Position numbers and translations under genes: made by a program. Below, piece after piece: positions 34,314-35,663 of a stretch of 35,663 nt of DNA (within the stretch, counting starts at the first letter, position 1; each line of letters opens with the position of its first letter). This DNA is from Chlorokybus atmophyticus (taxonomy: Eukaryota; Plantae; Mesostigma and Chlorokybus algae), in assembly GCA_009103225.1 (NCBI GenBank), contig RHPI01002945.1, forward strand, positions 1 through 35,663. Reading direction: 5' to 3'. The notes beneath the pieces were generated by a model, which worked only from the letters and a program-made list of their open reading frames with translations, searched no databases and was not told where the DNA came from.

Positions 34314-35457
34314 TGGAGCCAAGTGGGCACAATGTTCAACCATGGGCAGCAGAGAGCACATCACGTCGATGTGCGCAGTCACAGGAGCAGGACTTGCAGT
34401 ACCTCCTCTTGTGATCATCAAAGGACAGAGGCTTACTGTTGATGCCAAGGACTTTGACGTCTTAGGAGCCAAATTCGCCGCGCAGGAGAACGCCTAGATA
34501 ACAACTGAGATCTTTGAGCTCTGGATCCGCAAAATTGTGGAGTGGTTTCCTGGAGGGGTGAGTCCTTCCAAGCCTGCGCTGTTAGTGGTGGATGGTCACG
34601 TTGCAAGGTACAACCCCCGCATGATCCGCTATGCACAAGACAACGGAGTTCACATCCTCGTCTTGCCGCCACACACAACACACCGCCTACAAGTGTTAGA
34701 CGTTTCATGCTTCCACCCTTTCAAGGAAGCATACGGGAAGGAGTATAGAAAGCGGATGGAAACCAGGTACAACTTCGAGCTCAACCGCAAAGAATTCCTC
34801 AGGCTCCTCGTCAACCCCTACTACGCAGGACTGTCCCCTGCCAACATCATCGCAGGCTTTCGAGCTTGTGGATTGTGGCCGCTCAACAAGCATGCATTGG
34901 ACAAGTACTTTACGGACACAAAGGCACCCCCACCACCCCCAGGCCTCTCATGCCTCCTGGAGGCGATAGAGGCAGGAGATGCAACTGAAAACAACAACCC
35001 CAACGCCCAAGAAGACAGCACACTCAACACAGAGGCACCAGCCAAGAAAAGGAGGGGTGTGACGATAGCACAGCTGTTGACTGCTGATGAGATCGCTGAG
35101 GAGCTGGAGAGGCAATATGCAGAGAAGGCAGCAAAAGCTGAAGCAATTCAAGCATGCAAAGAGGCAGCCAAGCAACGTAAGACACAAGAAGAGCAAGAAG
35201 CTGCAGCCAGGGCAGAGAAAACAGCAGCAAAAAAGAAGGCATCTGCGCTTAAGATTAGGCTGAAAGAGAGGGAGAAAGAGCAGCGCAAGCAAGCAAGGGC
35301 TGAAGAACAAGCTGAGGAGAAGTGTGAAGCAGCAGAGAAGCAAGCAGCACAAGAACAAGCAAGGCGAGCAGAGCTGGAACAGAGAGAGAGGTCAGCCAGA
35401 GAAGCCACAGAGATTATCATGCGCTACGAGTGGAACCCCATAATGTGTGAGAACTAG
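34314..35457 (+). pseudogene. pogo transposase 3' exon: DDE_1 catalytic domain and charged coiled-coil tail
   Basis: SREHITSMCAVTGAG..VPPLVIIKG, LLVVDGH and LPPHTTHRLQVLDVSCFHPFK. A TAG at 34495-34497 falls where Trp is expected. Acceptor TGCAG| at 34313. Confidence 0.93.
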
Positions 35458-35663
35458 TTGGGCGACCCCCTATGGGATTATGCAGAAGCATTCGCCGAGC
35501 CACCTGCGTGTTGATCCTAGCCCCAACCCACAGGCCAATGAGGCGGGCGCACGCTGGAGAACAAGGCCAAACCGCCCAAGACACTTGCGCACCCTTACCT
35601 AGACAGCTAGGACTAGGTAGACATGAACAGCTGCTTGACTCTCATGCCTTGTACAAACAAGCA

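Larger units (their letters stand above)
6184..35457 (+). mobile_element. pogo/Tc5-like (DDE_1) DNA transposon interrupted by a 26.5-kb CACTA-like composite; right end not identified in window
   Basis: Candidate left terminus TA|GGGTAAATGTCCCTAACTTGGG with the internal direct repeat CCCTAACTTGGG twice. Transposase halves lie at about 7.0-7.7 kb and 34.3-35.5 kb. Confidence 0.7.

Noticed and set aside
698-34497. Non-canonical genetic code (TAA/TAG = Gln) explaining in-frame stops
   Set aside because: TGA stops also interrupt ORFs (25401, 31468), one TAG replaces a conserved Trp (34495), and frameshifts are common. Mutational decay explains them.
35575-35602. Right TIR of the pogo element (CCCAAG...CCCTTACC|TA)
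   Set aside because: Only a weak match to the left candidate terminus, and it lacks the doubled CCCTAACTTGGG motif. The true end probably lies beyond the window.

Overview
A eukaryotic, intron-containing window made almost entirely of nested transposable elements; no host gene is recognisable. The hemivirus-type copia primer sites, chromovirus and short GT-AG introns suggest a green alga or relative (inference). (1) 1-5688 is the 3' part of a decayed Ty3/gypsy chromovirus: gag, zinc knuckle, an extra Dam-like adenine-methyltransferase-like segment, PR, RT, RH, IN, chromodomain, PPT and 3' LTR, ending in an AT-rich tract. (2) A pogo/Tc5-like DNA transposon probably starts near 6184. Its transposase gene (about 6987-7698 and 34314-35457) is split by a 26.5-kb insertion into a 98-bp intron. 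(3) That insertion (7725-34238, CACA...TGTG ends, 3-bp TSD ATA) is a CMC/EnSpm (CACTA-like) composite with three terminal structures. Its left part carries a multi-exon zinc-finger/SET-domain gene and a divergent unknown gene. Its right part carries a coiled-coil repeat gene and the EnSpm transposase. (4) Three related Ty1/copia insertions sit inside it: a 2-kb non-autonomous derivative, a rearranged copy and a near-intact 4.9-kb copy. Most ORFs carry stops or frameshifts. The strongest candidates for novelty are the SET-domain cargo of the CACTA-like composite and the methyltransferase-like domain in the gypsy element. All domain calls come from motif recognition by eye; no searches were run.
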